NCBI GenBank assembly: GCA_964016885.1
Contig: OZ024741.1
Location: 318,060,001-318,124,000 of the forward strand
Direction: 5' to 3'
DNA length: 64,000 nucleotides
Origin: Eledone cirrhosa
Lineage: Eukaryota
Under the pieces are notes generated by a model. It saw only the letters and a list, made by a program, of their open reading frames with translations. It searched no databases and was not told the DNA's origin. Position 1 is the first letter of the stretch. Every line of letters begins with the position of its first letter. Made by a program: the position numbers and the translations under genes. Shown piece by piece: positions 1-12,559 of the stretch.

Positions 1-46
1 ATGACGACAATGATGATGATAATGATGATGATGACAACAATGATGG

Positions 47-86
<40 letters not shown>

Positions 87-182
87 AATGATGATGATGA
101 CAACAATGATGGGGATGATGATGATGATGATGATGATGATGGTGATGATGGTGATGATGATGGTGATGATGATGACAGCGAT
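1..182. repeat. (ATG)n microsatellite
   Basis: Direct inspection. Confidence 0.97.
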
Positions 183-533
183 GGCAAAAGTTGAGATGGA
201 AGGAGATGATGCTGATGATATCTAGTATACAATTTAAAGGGATGACAACAACAACTGTTGCAGGTTTTCCAATCCATAATTAATGAGCTGTAGATAAAAG
301 GAGTGTGTTGTAATGAAACAAACCACTACATTATTAATATTATATGTGAAAACTCATTATTTACACCAGTAAACCAGTGTTAATGATATTCATTAACATA
401 GAAATTTGTTAAAAGATGTCTTATTAACAAATGTGTTCATGAAGCAATGTATTTCTTATTCAATCAGTTTCATCTTCTAGTAGACATTTCTGATTCAGAT
501 ATTGATGGTGATGAATACATACACACATATACA

Positions 534-565
<32 letters not shown>

Positions 566-634
566 AATATATTAGAAAGTGAGGTTTTTTTTACAAAATG
601 AAAAATAACCGAGGTGTCCTACACGAGTGGAAGT

Positions 635-851
635 ATAAAGAAAAGAGATGAAATCGAAAATGCAACTGAAGTCTTATTTTTTTTAAAAATATATATATTT
701 ATTTGGTTCCTTTACCGGTTTCACAGACCCTCCATCTCAACTCACCTTTTGAAAAGCAGAAGAACTGCGAAACCGGTAAAGGAACCAAATAAATATATAT
801 ATTTAAAAAAAAAATAAGACTTCAGTTGCATTTTCGATTTCATCTCTTTTT

Positions 852-856
<5 letters not shown>
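635..856. repeat. Inverted repeat (635-722 vs 769-856) of a Penelope-like pLTR remnant; related element at 55561-55750
   Basis: ~87 bp reverse-complementary arms; the left arm ends at ACCGGTTTC, inside the hammerhead; upstream 562-650 also matches 55561-55640. Confidence 0.85.
745..782 (+). ncRNA. Minimal type I hammerhead with U3-A8 variant core
   Basis: Stem I CCTT/AAGG, TTGAAAA, stem II GCAG-AAGAA-CTGC, GAAA, palindromic ACCGGT, GUA; second copy at 55650-55685. Confidence 0.7.
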
Positions 857-917
<61 letters not shown>

Positions 918-2742
918 TATATATATGTATATGTATATATGTATAAATAAAAATATATATATATCTATATATATATATATATATATAATCAAGGTTTAGC
1001 AAATAAGAAAAAGTTTTAAAATAAATTTTAAAAAGTTCACTGTACCTGCATATATATATATACACACACACATACACACACACATACACACACATACACA
1101 CACATATATGTATCTATATATATCTATATATATATATACATACATACAGACACACATATAAATGCACATGTATATGTGTATATATGTTTCCTTGAGCAAG
1201 ACACTTTATTTCACATTGCTCCAGTTTACTCAGCTCAGCTGTAGAAATGAGATGATAGGAACTAGGGTCCCTATCATTCCACTGCAAAGTGGTCGTGGAG
1301 GTGCTCGGCAAAATAAGCACCCAGTACTCACTGTAAATGAGGTTGGTGTTAGGAAGGGCATCTAACTGTAGAAATCAAGCCAGAATCAGTTCCCGTATGA
1401 GCAAGACAAGGTCAGCCGACCAGACACTGCCCACAACAGGACAACCCGTCTAACCCATGCTAGCGTGGAAGAACGGACATAAAACGGTGATGATAATGAT
1501 GATGATATATATATATATAAAAAAGAAAATTTTCGCTGTACATGGCTGAATACAATAAATGTAATCTGAGTTTTTTGAATATTAATAATAACATTCGATT
1601 CAATTTTGCAAACAAGCCTCAATTTTATAGCCATGTCAGTAGAATGAACCCTTCATCCTTGCTCTTGTGTTGGCATGTGAACAGAAACATTAGTGTCTGC
1701 AGTTCTGTTCACAGGTCAACTTTGCCTTGTTGATAAAATAAAGTACCAGTAATACACTGAGATAATTGCTGGCCTTGTGCCAAAAGTAGAAACAATTATT
1801 AATATTCGAAAAACATTTATTATATATATATAAAGTAAAATAACGTAGTAAATGACTCGCGTATAATCCTAATTATTATGTTTCACCTCTCTTAGCTTAT
1901 ATTCTCTTGACACTGGTGGTCTAAAATCCTGTAAATGAAAACACACTCTCTTGTCTTTTTCCTGTCTATATTGTATATATGTATATATATATATACATAT
2001 ATATGAATATATATATATACATGTATATATATGTAAATATATTAATATATTAATAGTGATATACACACATGTACACATATATGTGTATGTAAATAAATAT
2101 ATATATATATATATTAAAAATACAATATATAAAAAATTAGCTTACAACTTAAGTCACGTGCATATTACACACACACGCAGATTAACTTATTACTTAAGTC
2201 ATGCATATATTACACATATGCCCGTTTCAAAAATTTTAGCCCCTAGTATTCAAATGTGGGTTTGAAAATTGCCTCCCTTGTTCTTGAAAACAAGCTCTCC
2301 ACGGGATAAGACTGTATTTCTTGAGCTAACCATTTTTCTTATAATTTTGTCCTAGTGCCTGATGAGAGGCCAGTATTAGAATAGCACCTCCACTATACAG
2401 TGGTGGCCATAACTAGATCCTGAAACCTAAGGCTGTGCATATATGTTAAGTGTATGAAAAAAAAAAAAATATATATATATATACATACATATAGCATCAT
2501 CATCTTTTAATGACCATTTTCCATGCTTGCATGTGTTATACGGGTTGTCATGTTAGGAGACAATTAATGTCAGGTGACCATATCTTGCTCATACAGATCT
2601 GTATTTTGGCTTGGTTTCTATAGCAGAATACCCTGCCCATTGACGTTACAGAGGTTTTATATATGTGAGTGTGTGTGTGTGTGCGTATTATGTATGTATA
2701 TCCATATCTATCTAAGATATATATATGTATGTGTGTGTATGC

Positions 2743-2792
<50 letters not shown>

Positions 2793-3796
2793 TCATCATT
2801 TCATTTCATTTTATGTCTGTTTTTCCCTGCTTGCAAGGGTGGGACGGGAACTGATTTTGACTTGATTTCTACAGCTGGATGCCCTTCCTAACACCAACCT
2901 CATTTACAGTGAGTGCTGGGTGCTTTTTTGCCATGGCACCTCCACGACCACTTTGTAGTGGAATGATAGGGACCCCAGTCCCTATCATCTCATTTCTACA
3001 GCTGAGTAAACTGGAGCAATGTGAAATAAAGTGTCTTGCTCAAGGAAACAACACATCACCCGGTCTGAGAATTGAACTCACAACCTTTCGATTGCAAGGC
3101 CAATCTCTAGCCACTAAGCCATGTGCCTCCATATACTGTATATACTGTATATATATATATATATAGCCCCTGAATAAACAATAATAATTTGACCTCATCC
3201 ACACTTATATATTATATCTATAGTAGAGGAAGACCATGAAAAACATGGGTGGAAGTGGTGAGAGCTGACCTCAGATCGCGGAAGCTCACAGAAGAGATGA
3301 CGAATGGAGGGATGCTGTGCTGTCACTTCTATTCTTCCTCAACACATGCCTTAGCTATATCATTCCATTTCTCTGCACAACATTCATCACTGGCTCTATT
3401 CCTATTACTCCTCTCCCCCAATCACTTTCATACTTCCTCAACACATGACTTACCCATCTCATTCCATTTCTCTTCCCAACATTTATCACTGGCTCTATTC
3501 CACTCAACCAGTCACTTTCATACTCCCTTAACAGATGACCCAGCCATTTTATTTGATCTCCCTTCACAACATTCATCACTGCCTCTATTCCCATCATCAT
3601 CTACAACCACTGACTTTCCCCTCTTTTGCACTGATCCACCAGACCATTCTCCTTTCTATTCTTTCCAGTTTTCTCTGTTGCTCTATGTTCATCACACATG
3701 TCTCACTCCAATAAATCATTTAATATATATATATATATATATTTAAGTAACAGCTGTACTAAGAGTGGGAAATGAAATTTTGTTTCATTTTTTTCC

Positions 3797-3837
<41 letters not shown>

Positions 3838-3980
3838 GTGGAAAATTGGATGATGATGATGATGATAATGATGATGACAATGATGATGATGATGATGATG
3901 ATGACAATGATGGTGACGACGATGAAAGTCATCAAGTGAGACATGCCTATTTCTCCTTATAAACATAAACCAACACTTAC

Positions 3981-4084
3981 CTTCGTCGGTCAGGCTTTTC
4001 TATTAATTGTGCAATCATCTTTTCTAAATCAAATTTTTTCCAGCTTATTAAATTCGTAAACCAATTTGACTCCAAAACATCAAA
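3981..4084 (-). CDS. M13 peptidase exon, most 3' exon found
   Basis: tctAG / GTAAGT; 104 nt, phase 0 to 2: FDVLESNWFTNLISWKKFDLEKMIAQLIEKPDRR. The next expected exon (W...P..VNA) was not found. Confidence 0.88.
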
Positions 4085-5082
4085 CTAGAAAGGAGGATAA
4101 AAGAGACATTTGTAGATAAGAAAAACAAACAGTCAAGTTTATTAATATAAAAGCTATATATCTAGCACATCATTCTGCCCACAAATAGTGTTGATGAACT
4201 GTATATTGTTATCAGTTCTAGAACCATTATTAGAGTGTCTGCTGCTTAGTCGCCTGTTTACTCAGTTTTCATATAAATATTTTCAGCAATTTCACACGAG
4301 ATGTTAACATTGATAAAGTTTTATGAAGTATATATAAAAATACTGTTATAAAACATGCTTTGCCACAATGCGTCCTGGTTAGTGCTGGTGGCACTATAAA
4401 GGTTACTTGGTACACATAAAGTGGTTGGCAATTGAAAGATAACAACATAAGATAAAAAGGATGCTTCAGTTATGTCTAGGACATAGCAATTTATCCTACT
4501 GCTAGTGTCATGATAAAATGCACCTGATACTGTCTGTAAAAGGGTTTGCATTACAAAGAGCATTCATCTATAGAAATCATGCCAAAAAGGGTAAAGAGGA
4601 CTCATATCAATGACAAGATAACTTCCTTAGTTGTGGTGCCATGGTAAACAGTACCCAGTACACTCTGTAAAAGGGTTGGTGTCATCCAGCAGTAGAAACC
4701 ATGCCAAAAATTGTAGAGAGGATTCATCAGTCATAACAAGGTTATAGAAATCTCTCTAGTGCAGGTGTAACAATAGTATGCACCCAACACAATCTACAAA
4801 GGGGTTGGTGATAGGAAAGGTATCCTGTAAAAACCATGTCAAAAATTAACATATTGAGTGAAGGGTGGTCTTCTAACCTGTCTAGAAGAACCGTAGTTCC
4901 AAGGAAGTACTGACTTGGTCTGTAATGACCCATTCAACCCATGCTAGCATCGTAAAAACACAAGCATTAAAGGATGATGATGACTATGGAGAGTCACAAT
5001 AAATAAAGCTAATCATTTTGTGTGATGTTCTAACCATTCTACCCCAACCAACTAAATAATAAATTGTTATAAAATCCCTTAC

Positions 5083-5160
5083 TTGTTTGTAATAATTGTT
5101 GAGAAATGTGGTGTTGAGCATGAATGAAGGGTAACTGACTTTCTCTATCATGGAGTCCAG
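5083..5160 (-). CDS. M13 peptidase exon
   Basis: ttcAG / GTAAGG; 78 nt, phase 0-0: LDSMIEKVSYPSFMLNTTFLNNYYKQ (M13 M...IGYP...L..YY). Confidence 0.92.
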
Positions 5161-5239
5161 CTGAAATATAAACAACTATATTTAACCAAAAGAAAAAGAA
5201 AAGGAAAGGTAACAATTATCATATTGAACTAAAGAAAGA

Positions 5240-5449
5240 ATGTTTTCATTGTTATTTCCATTGTTGATACTATTTCTTGATTACAACTCCTGGCAGAAGA
5301 AAAGGAGCTAATTGTCAGATTGGACCAAAGAAACAATGTTTCCATTGGTATTTCCATTGCGCAAGGATGACATGCAAATTTGTGAAGCATTCTACATTTT
5401 TTCTGTTCAACCCATGCAAGCATGGAAAAAAATGGATGCTAAATGGTGG

Positions 5450-5483
<34 letters not shown>

Positions 5484-5680
5484 CTGTTGGTCATAACTCC
5501 TGGCAGAAGAAAGGAGCTAATTATTAGATTGGATCAAGGAAACAATGTTTCCATTGGTATTTCCATTGCTGATACTATTTGTTGGTCCCAAATCCTGGCA
5601 GTAGAAAGGAGTTAATTGTCAGATTGGACCAAGGAAACAAAGCTTCCATTCATCTACTTGTTACAACTCCCAGCAGAAGG
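5240..5680. repeat. Degenerate tandem repeat (~80-85 bp unit) interrupted by the U6-RTE insert
   Basis: Recurrent CTCCTGGCAGAAGAAAGGAGCTAATTGTCAGATTGGACCAAGGAAACAA. Confidence 0.8.
5358..5402 (+). pseudogene. RNU6: U6 snRNA 3' fragment (retrocopy)
   Basis: TGCGCAAGGATGACATGCAAATTTGTGAAGCATTCTACATTTTTT vs U6 TGCGCAAGGATGACACGCAAATTCGTGAAGCGTTCCA(C/T)ATTTTT; three of the differences are CpG transitions. Confidence 0.88.
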
Positions 5681-6162
5681 AGGTGGAATTTGTCCCTAGA
5701 ACATACAAGGCAGGATCAGATATCACAAATCATCCGGCCTAACTTTAACTATTCTGGCTATCCACTGCCCCTGGTTTGATAATTTATTTATTGACCATGA
5801 AAGGATAAAAAGCAAAGTTGACTGTGCCAAGATTTGTACAGGCAGCCAGAAAAAATACTGACTTTCTAACAACTCTGCCAATTCTTTGCCATAAAACAAC
5901 AATAATAACAACAAAATCTGGTTAAAGTGAAACTTTACTGGGTACTAAAATCTGGTTCCTATGGAATCAATATCCACTTATGCCCCACATTGCACTAACT
6001 ATGGAAGCATGGATAAACAGGTGTAAAACAAACTGCATATATTGTCTATCTATCTATCTATTTATTTCTCTCTCTCTCTCTCTTGATATTTATGACTATA
6101 TATATATATATATTTGTATATAGGTGGGTTGATAGATAGTTAAATAATCAGTCATATAGATA

Positions 6163-8484
6163 TATTTCTTTATTTGCCACAAGGGCGCAAAAGAAAAGGG
6201 GACAATACAAAGACACATGCCGGGGATTTTACATACAGTCGTGTAAAAAAAAAAATATAAAACAAACAATTATAACAATCGAAATCCCCAATAGGGGGGA
6301 GACGCCACAAATGGGTTGTTTAATACCCCGTTGATAGAACAACCCTCAACTTCAGGAGCGTGTTGTGCAAGTGCTCCCTTCTTCCTTTTGCTCTCTTCTT
6401 TAACCTACAGGCTTATAAACAGAGAAGGCCCAATCACTCGGGCCATTTTCACTTCATTCACCCACCTTTCAGTAAATTTACTGGGGTGTAGTGCCTCTCT
6501 CTCCACTCTGATTCTTCTTCTAAAGTGATACTTAAAGAAGGGAATCAATTGTTGTCCGGAGAGAAAGGCATCTGTCCTCAGTCCTCTTAATCTCGTCCAC
6601 CATATAACCTCTTTCATCATAGCCACTGTACAGAGGAAAACCGCCTCTCTTTCGTTTTTGAAAGAGGCTGGTGGTTTGATCCTTACTATGGACTCGGCAG
6701 TCAACTAGATTTGTCCCATACATGACAGCAGTTGTTCTGCATAGTTTCACAGGTCACTTACGCCCGGGCAGTGTACAATTGCGTGCAAGATGGTTTCAAT
6801 GTCCTGCTCGCATCTTGGACACGTCCTCTTGGAAGGATCCCTGCTGGGGCGTCCGTGCCTGTAGATCTTATCTCAAATGGGTAGAGCTCCTTGGTAGCAC
6901 TGCCAGGCCAGGGACCTCTGGAAGTTGTCCTTAGGTCCCGGGTGGAAAGTCCTACCGAACAGACTGGTGAGCTCATCGTCTTCGACGCCTAGAGTCTCTC
7001 CGAGCACGTTGTCGCACTTGTAAAGTACTAACTCTCTATAGAATGTCGAAGTGGAGTCTCCACTGATTGCTGTGCCCGCTTAACAGAGGACTGTGAGCGC
7101 CTGGGCACATTCAATGTGCCAGGCGCCCATCTTCTTTGGTCTTCGCTTGATCCAGGACTGCAGCTCCGTCAGCGAGACAAGTTGTGGGAAGGCCTGTCGG
7201 ACGGCATCGGTTTGCCTCTCCACATTCCGAGTTGCAAACCGATAGACTTGTCCAGGTTCAGTTTTGTTCCTGTGAACCTTTTGTATTCCTGTAGTAGGTT
7301 GCCGATTACCTCGATTTCCGAGGTTTTTGACACCATTACTGTCACATCATCAGCATAAGTCGACGCCTCTTTTCGCAGTCCCGGTTCTAAAGGGATGCCC
7401 TGCAAAAGCTCCAACTTCCGCAGTAGTGGCTCTATAGTCAATACGTACAGAATGGAGGGGAGAGGGCATCCCTGTCGAATGGAACGCGTGATTGCGAACG
7501 GCTCCGATAGGTAGCCATTCACCTTGACCTTCGAGCAGATGCTGGTGTGCATCGCCTTGATCCAGCCTCTGAAAATGGGACCGAAACCGGCCGTCTTGAG
7601 AATCGCTTCGATGGTCGACCCTATCGAATGCCTTAGACTGATCTAAATTGATCAGAGCCCCACCGAAGCCGGGTTTACACCCCACCCTCTCTATGATGTA
7701 TTGCATGAGCTGGAGGTTGTTGTGTATGGACCTGGTCGGGATTGCGCACGTTTGCGCTTTCCCTACCAGGTTTTCGACGACAAGCACCAGCCTCGCTGCT
7801 AGCACCTTGGCCAAAATCTTTAACTCTGTGTTGAGCAGAGTTATGGGCCTGAAATTGTTTATTTCGTCCCCCTTGTTCTCGTCTTTCCTGATCAGCGTTA
7901 CTACACCCTTGCCTGTAGAACTGGGAATTGTCCCGTTCTGCTGCCAATTGCAGTAGACGGCTTCGAGGACGCGAGTGAACAAGTCCGGCATGCCTATGTA
8001 AAACTCATAGGGTAGACCATCTAGACCGGGTGACTTGCGTTTCCCGCAGCGGCCCAGAGCGTCCCGCATTTCAGTGGCTGTGATCGGTCTTTTGCAGAAC
8101 TCGGCGTCCATGCTCAAGAGACGCGGCAGGTCATCGAGATATGAACCAAAGTCTATTGCCCCGTTCGGTGCACCGTCGTTCTGCTCAAACAGTCGCGCAA
8201 AGTGCCACTGAAAGGCTGCACACATCCGCCTGGGGTCAAGTAGCACGCGTCCGTTTTGGTCTTTCAAAGACCGAATCGTGGACTTGTTGCCACTTTTCGC
8301 TTCCGCCATTCGGGCCCAGCTAACAGCTTTTGCTCCCTCGTTTCCTAGAGCATGTGATTTACTTCTGACCACGCAGCCTTCGTGTTTCACGCCGAAGAAC
8401 TGGTCCAGTGCTGTTCTCGATGCTAGCACCCTAGCTGCGTTGCCCCTCCTAAGTGCCTCTTCTACTTTGGCTACTAGTTCTGTT
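6163..8484 (-). mobile_element. Tx1/L1-clade non-LTR retrotransposon, 5'-truncated, frameshifted ORF2
   Basis: RT motifs KSPGLDGLPYEFY, FRPITLLNTELKILAKVLA, LDQSKAFDRVDH, SIRQGCPL, YADDVT; 3' end ...CTTGTGGCAAATAAAGAAA; bounded by GATA-rich repeats. Confidence 0.92.
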
Positions 8485-8821
8485 TACAGATAGATAAGTA
8501 GATGATAGATAAACGGATAGATAGGTAGGCAGATAGATAGGCAGATAGATAGGCAGATAGATTGATCTATTGATCGATCAATAGACAGACAGACAAACAG
8601 ACAGATAGAGAGGTAGATGGATAACAGATAGATAGATAGGTAGATGGATAGATAGATAGATAGATAAATGAAGGGATAGATAGAATAGACAAATAGATAG
8701 ATAAACAAACAGACAAATAGATAGACAGACAGATACACAGATGGATAGATAGAATGTCTAGAATGTCAGATATATATAGAGACAAACAGTTAGACTGATA
8801 GATAGATAGATATATAGATAT

Positions 8822-9795
8822 CTTTCTTTATTTGCCACAAGGGCGTACAAAAATGGGACATTACAAGACGTGACGGCGGGGGTTTTACATAAAAATCATA
8901 TAACTTTAACATTAATAAATAACAATAAACTATATATAATAAAGTAACAATTGAAATCCTCAATAAGGGGGAACATTACTGCAGGGTTGTTTTACACCCC
9001 ATGGATAGAACAACCCTCAACACCAGGAACACGTTTTGTAGGTGTTCCTGTCTTCCCTCTGTTTATCTTCCTCGACCTAGAGGTTTATATACAGAGAAGG
9101 TCCATTCACTTGGGCCATTTTTGCCACATTCACACACCTTTCAGCGAATTTACTGGGGTGTAGCACTGCTCTCTCCACTCTCACCTTCCTTCTGAAGTGG
9201 TACTTAAAGAAGGGGATAAGTTGATGTCCGGAGAGAAAGGTGTTTGCCCTCAGTCCTTTTAACCTTGTCCACCATATTACCTCTTTCGCCATAGCCACCA
9301 GACAGAGGAAAACCACCTCTCCTTCATTCTTAAATGAAGGCGGCGGGTTGATCCTCATGATGGACTCGGCTGACAACTGGATGCGTCCCACATGCGACAG
9401 TAGCTGTTTGACATAATTCCACAGGTTGGTCACCCCTGGGCACTGAACAATTGCATGCAGAACGGTTTTGATGTCCTGCTCACATCTTGGACAGGTCCTT
9501 TTGGCAGGATCTCTGCCAGGGCGTTAGTGTCTGTAGATTTTGTCTCGAACTGGTAGAGCTCCTTGGTAGCACTGCCAGGCCAGAGACCTCTGGAAGTTAT
9601 CCATAGGCCCTGGACGGAAAGTCCTCCCGAACAGACTGGTTACTTCGTCCTCCTCGATGCCTAGGGTTTCCCCGAGAACATTGTTGCACTTATCCTCCAC
9701 TAATCCCCTATACAATGTCGAAGTGGAGTCTCCACTGATTGCCATTTCTGCTTGGTAGAGGGCTGTGAGCGCCTGAAGGCACTCAAGGTGCCAGG
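8822..9795 (-). mobile_element. Tx1/L1-clade 3' fragment (related subfamily)
   Basis: ORFs 9077-9433 and 9524-9862 are homologous to the C-terminus of 6163-8484 (SAESI..I.PP, KEVIWWTRL); same 3' terminus; (GATA)n on both sides. Confidence 0.9.
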
Positions 9796-9888
9796 ATAGA
9801 TAGATAGCTAGATAGGTAAAGAGATAGATAGACAGACAGACAGATATATTGATAAATAACAAAAGAGAGTAAATGTTGATATATTTAC

Positions 9889-9987
9889 TTTTGCAGCCGC
9901 TGCAGCTTTTGTATACTTGTCCATCCAGAACTTTCTCAGAATGTATGCTTTAAATGCCTCCTTGATATATTTGATTAAGTTTTCAAT
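9889..9987 (-). CDS. M13 peptidase exon
   Basis: tatAG / GTAAAT; 99 nt, phase 0-0: IENLIKYIKEAFKAYILRKFWMDKYTKAAAAAK (canonical WMD..TK..A..K). Confidence 0.93.
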
Positions 9988-10139
9988 CTATACCAGCAAC
10001 AAAAAGCAATAAATTAAACATTATTTCAATATAAACAAGATGAATATAATATAAGTTTCCACAAAGTTACTGTCTACCAAATTTCACTCACTAAGCACTG
10101 GTCAATCTGAGGTTATAGTAAAAGATACTTGCTTAAGGT

Positions 10140-10257
<118 letters not shown>

Positions 10258-10499
10258 CATGCTAGTTTGGAAGATAGATGATGATGATGAATATATATAT
10301 ATTGAGGTTGCCATTAGGAAGGGCATCCAGCTGTAGAAACCAACCCAGAATCAGTTCTGTATGAGCAAGACATGGTCACCTGACCTAGCATTGCCCTCAA
10401 CAGGACAACTCGTCTAACTCAAGCTAGCATGGAAAAATAGATGTAAAACGGTGGCGATACTGATGATATATGTATATACACACAAATATATATATATAT

Positions 10500-10745
10500 A
10501 CAATATATTAATAAATGGAAACTATATTTATAAAACCATATTTATTTTATTATACATATTTCAAGGGCAACCAAGGCAAATTATGGTGCTCTTTCATCAG
10601 ATAAAATACAGATTTGTTTTATAAATTAATTTATAAAACAAATCTGTATTTTATCTGATGAAAGCGCACCATAATTTGCCTTGAAATATGTATAATAAAA
10701 TAAATATGGTTTTATAAATATAGTTTCCATTTATTAATATATTGT
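10500..10745. repeat. Near-perfect palindrome containing a hammerhead-like motif in each arm
   Basis: Arms are reverse-complementary around TTATAAATTAATTTATAA; short insertion in the left arm. Confidence 0.93.
10647..10702 (+). ncRNA. Type I minimal hammerhead ribozyme
   Basis: Stem I TATTTTAT/ATAAAATA, CTGATGA, imperfect stem II AAG(C)GCA/TGCCTT, GAAA, quasi-palindromic stem III ATATGTAT, AUA triplet. Confidence 0.7.
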
Positions 10746-10756
10746 GTATTTACTCG

Positions 10757-12507
10757 CGGGGGTGTATTTTTGTTAGAGGCGCCTACTGACTGTAGGTTTC
10801 GCTTTGTACTTAGGCAAGGCGGGTCTTCTATATTACTGTGTAGCACCAAAGATCTCGGTCCAGTGACATTGTCTTAGAGAGGTGTAAGTGTGCGAGGTCG
10901 GAGTTTATCAAGTCGTCCCAGGTTTTTCTGGGTCTGCCTACTCCGTGGCTCCGTCTATTTTTATCGCCCTGCACTTTGTTATACAGCTGTCGTCTTTCAT
11001 GCGCATCATGTGACCATATCAACGTAGTCTTCTCTTGAGTAAGCAACATCTGATTCCTCTTATTCCTAATTTCTCCCTTAGTTCATTTATGCTTTGCCGT
11101 TCACGTATATTACTATTACACATCCAACGGAGCATGCAAGCTTCGTTCCTCTCCAGTCTGCGTATATCCTCTGCACACAATGCCCATGTCTCACTGCCAT
11201 GTAACATTGCTGTTCGTATGCAGGCATCATACAGCCTGCCTTTCATTTTTAGAGAGAACCTTTTAGCGGCCAATAGTGGTATAAGCTCTCTGAACTTCTT
11301 CCATCCCGTTCTGACTCTAGCTACTGTACTTTCAGAGCACCCTCCACCACTGCTGATTTTGTCACCCAGGTAACGGAAGGTGTCCACTATTTCTATAGAA
11401 CCATCTGTGCAATGGAATGAGCTAGTATTCTGTGGGCACTTGCTGCTACTTATTGCACCTGAGCACCAGCCACATATAAAATCTATATTCTTAATTAGCT
11501 TACCTGTGATCGCACTACATCTTTTATGCACCCATACTTTGCATTTGGGACATAAAATGGAGTTTCTGCCTACTCCTTTCCTACACACTGAGCATGGCCA
11601 TTTCCCAGATGGGACCAGTGCCCTATTTTCCTTCCTACAAACTAGAAATTTAGTCTTAGACAGGTTAATTTTAAGGCCTTTTGATTCTAGGCCATGCTTC
11701 CATGTTTGGAATTTCTTCTCTAGTTCAGCCATTGATTCAGCTATGAGTGTTAGATCATCTGCGTATAGAAGTTCCCATGGGAAGCCATCTTCAACTCCTC
11801 TGTTATAGCCTGAAGGGCAATAATAAATAGTAGGGAGCTAAGGACGGAGCCCTGATGAACACCAACTTTTACGCTAAACTCTTCACTATATTCGTTGTTA
11901 ATTCTAACCTTGCTGGCTGTTTCTTTATACATGGCTTGTATAGCTCTCACAAGCCTAGTTTTCTAAGGGCCCACCAGATAATCGAGCGGGGTACTCTGTC
12001 AAAGGCTTTCTCCAAGTCAACAAAAGCTAAGTATAGGGGTTTACTTTTAGCTAGGTACTTCTGTAGTTGTCGTACAATGAAAAGAGTGTCTGTTGTACTT
12101 TTACCTGACACAAACCCGAACTGCATTTCGTCTAGATCAATTCGCTCTCTGATTAGTTGCGCTATTACTTTTTCTGTGACCTTCATGACCTCGTCAATTA
12201 ATTTAATGCCTCTATAGTTTCCCCTATCTAGGGCATCTTCTTTACCCTGTTAATGATGCTGCTGCTGCGCCAGTCCTTCGGAACAACTCCATTCTGTATG
12301 ACTTGGTTTACTATCCGGGTGACCATAGTGTGTCCCACCGTTTCAGATGCTTTCAGCATTTCAGCAACTATTTCCGAAGGCCCAGCCGCTTTGCCCGTCT
12401 TCATGTCTTTGATCGCCTTACTTATTATACTACCTTCAACTTGCACTGCTTGTCCCTCTATTGGATCGATGTGGGGGAGACTGTCTTTCTCCCAATTATT
12501 CTCCTCA

Positions 12508-12508
<1 letters not shown>
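10757..12508 (-). mobile_element. RTE-clade LINE fragment (RT + PHD finger), frameshifted
   Basis: MQFGF..GKSTTD, AFVDLEKAFDRVPR, VGVHQGSVLS, YADD region, MLHGSETW; C4HC3 insert. Confidence 0.93.

Positions 12509-12559
<51 letters not shown>

Noticed and set aside
1887-1928. Possible next M13 exon (ttacAG...GTGAAA; DFRPPVSREYKLRE)
   Set aside because: The phase required after the 3981 donor gives an in-frame TAA, and it has no W/VNA motif.
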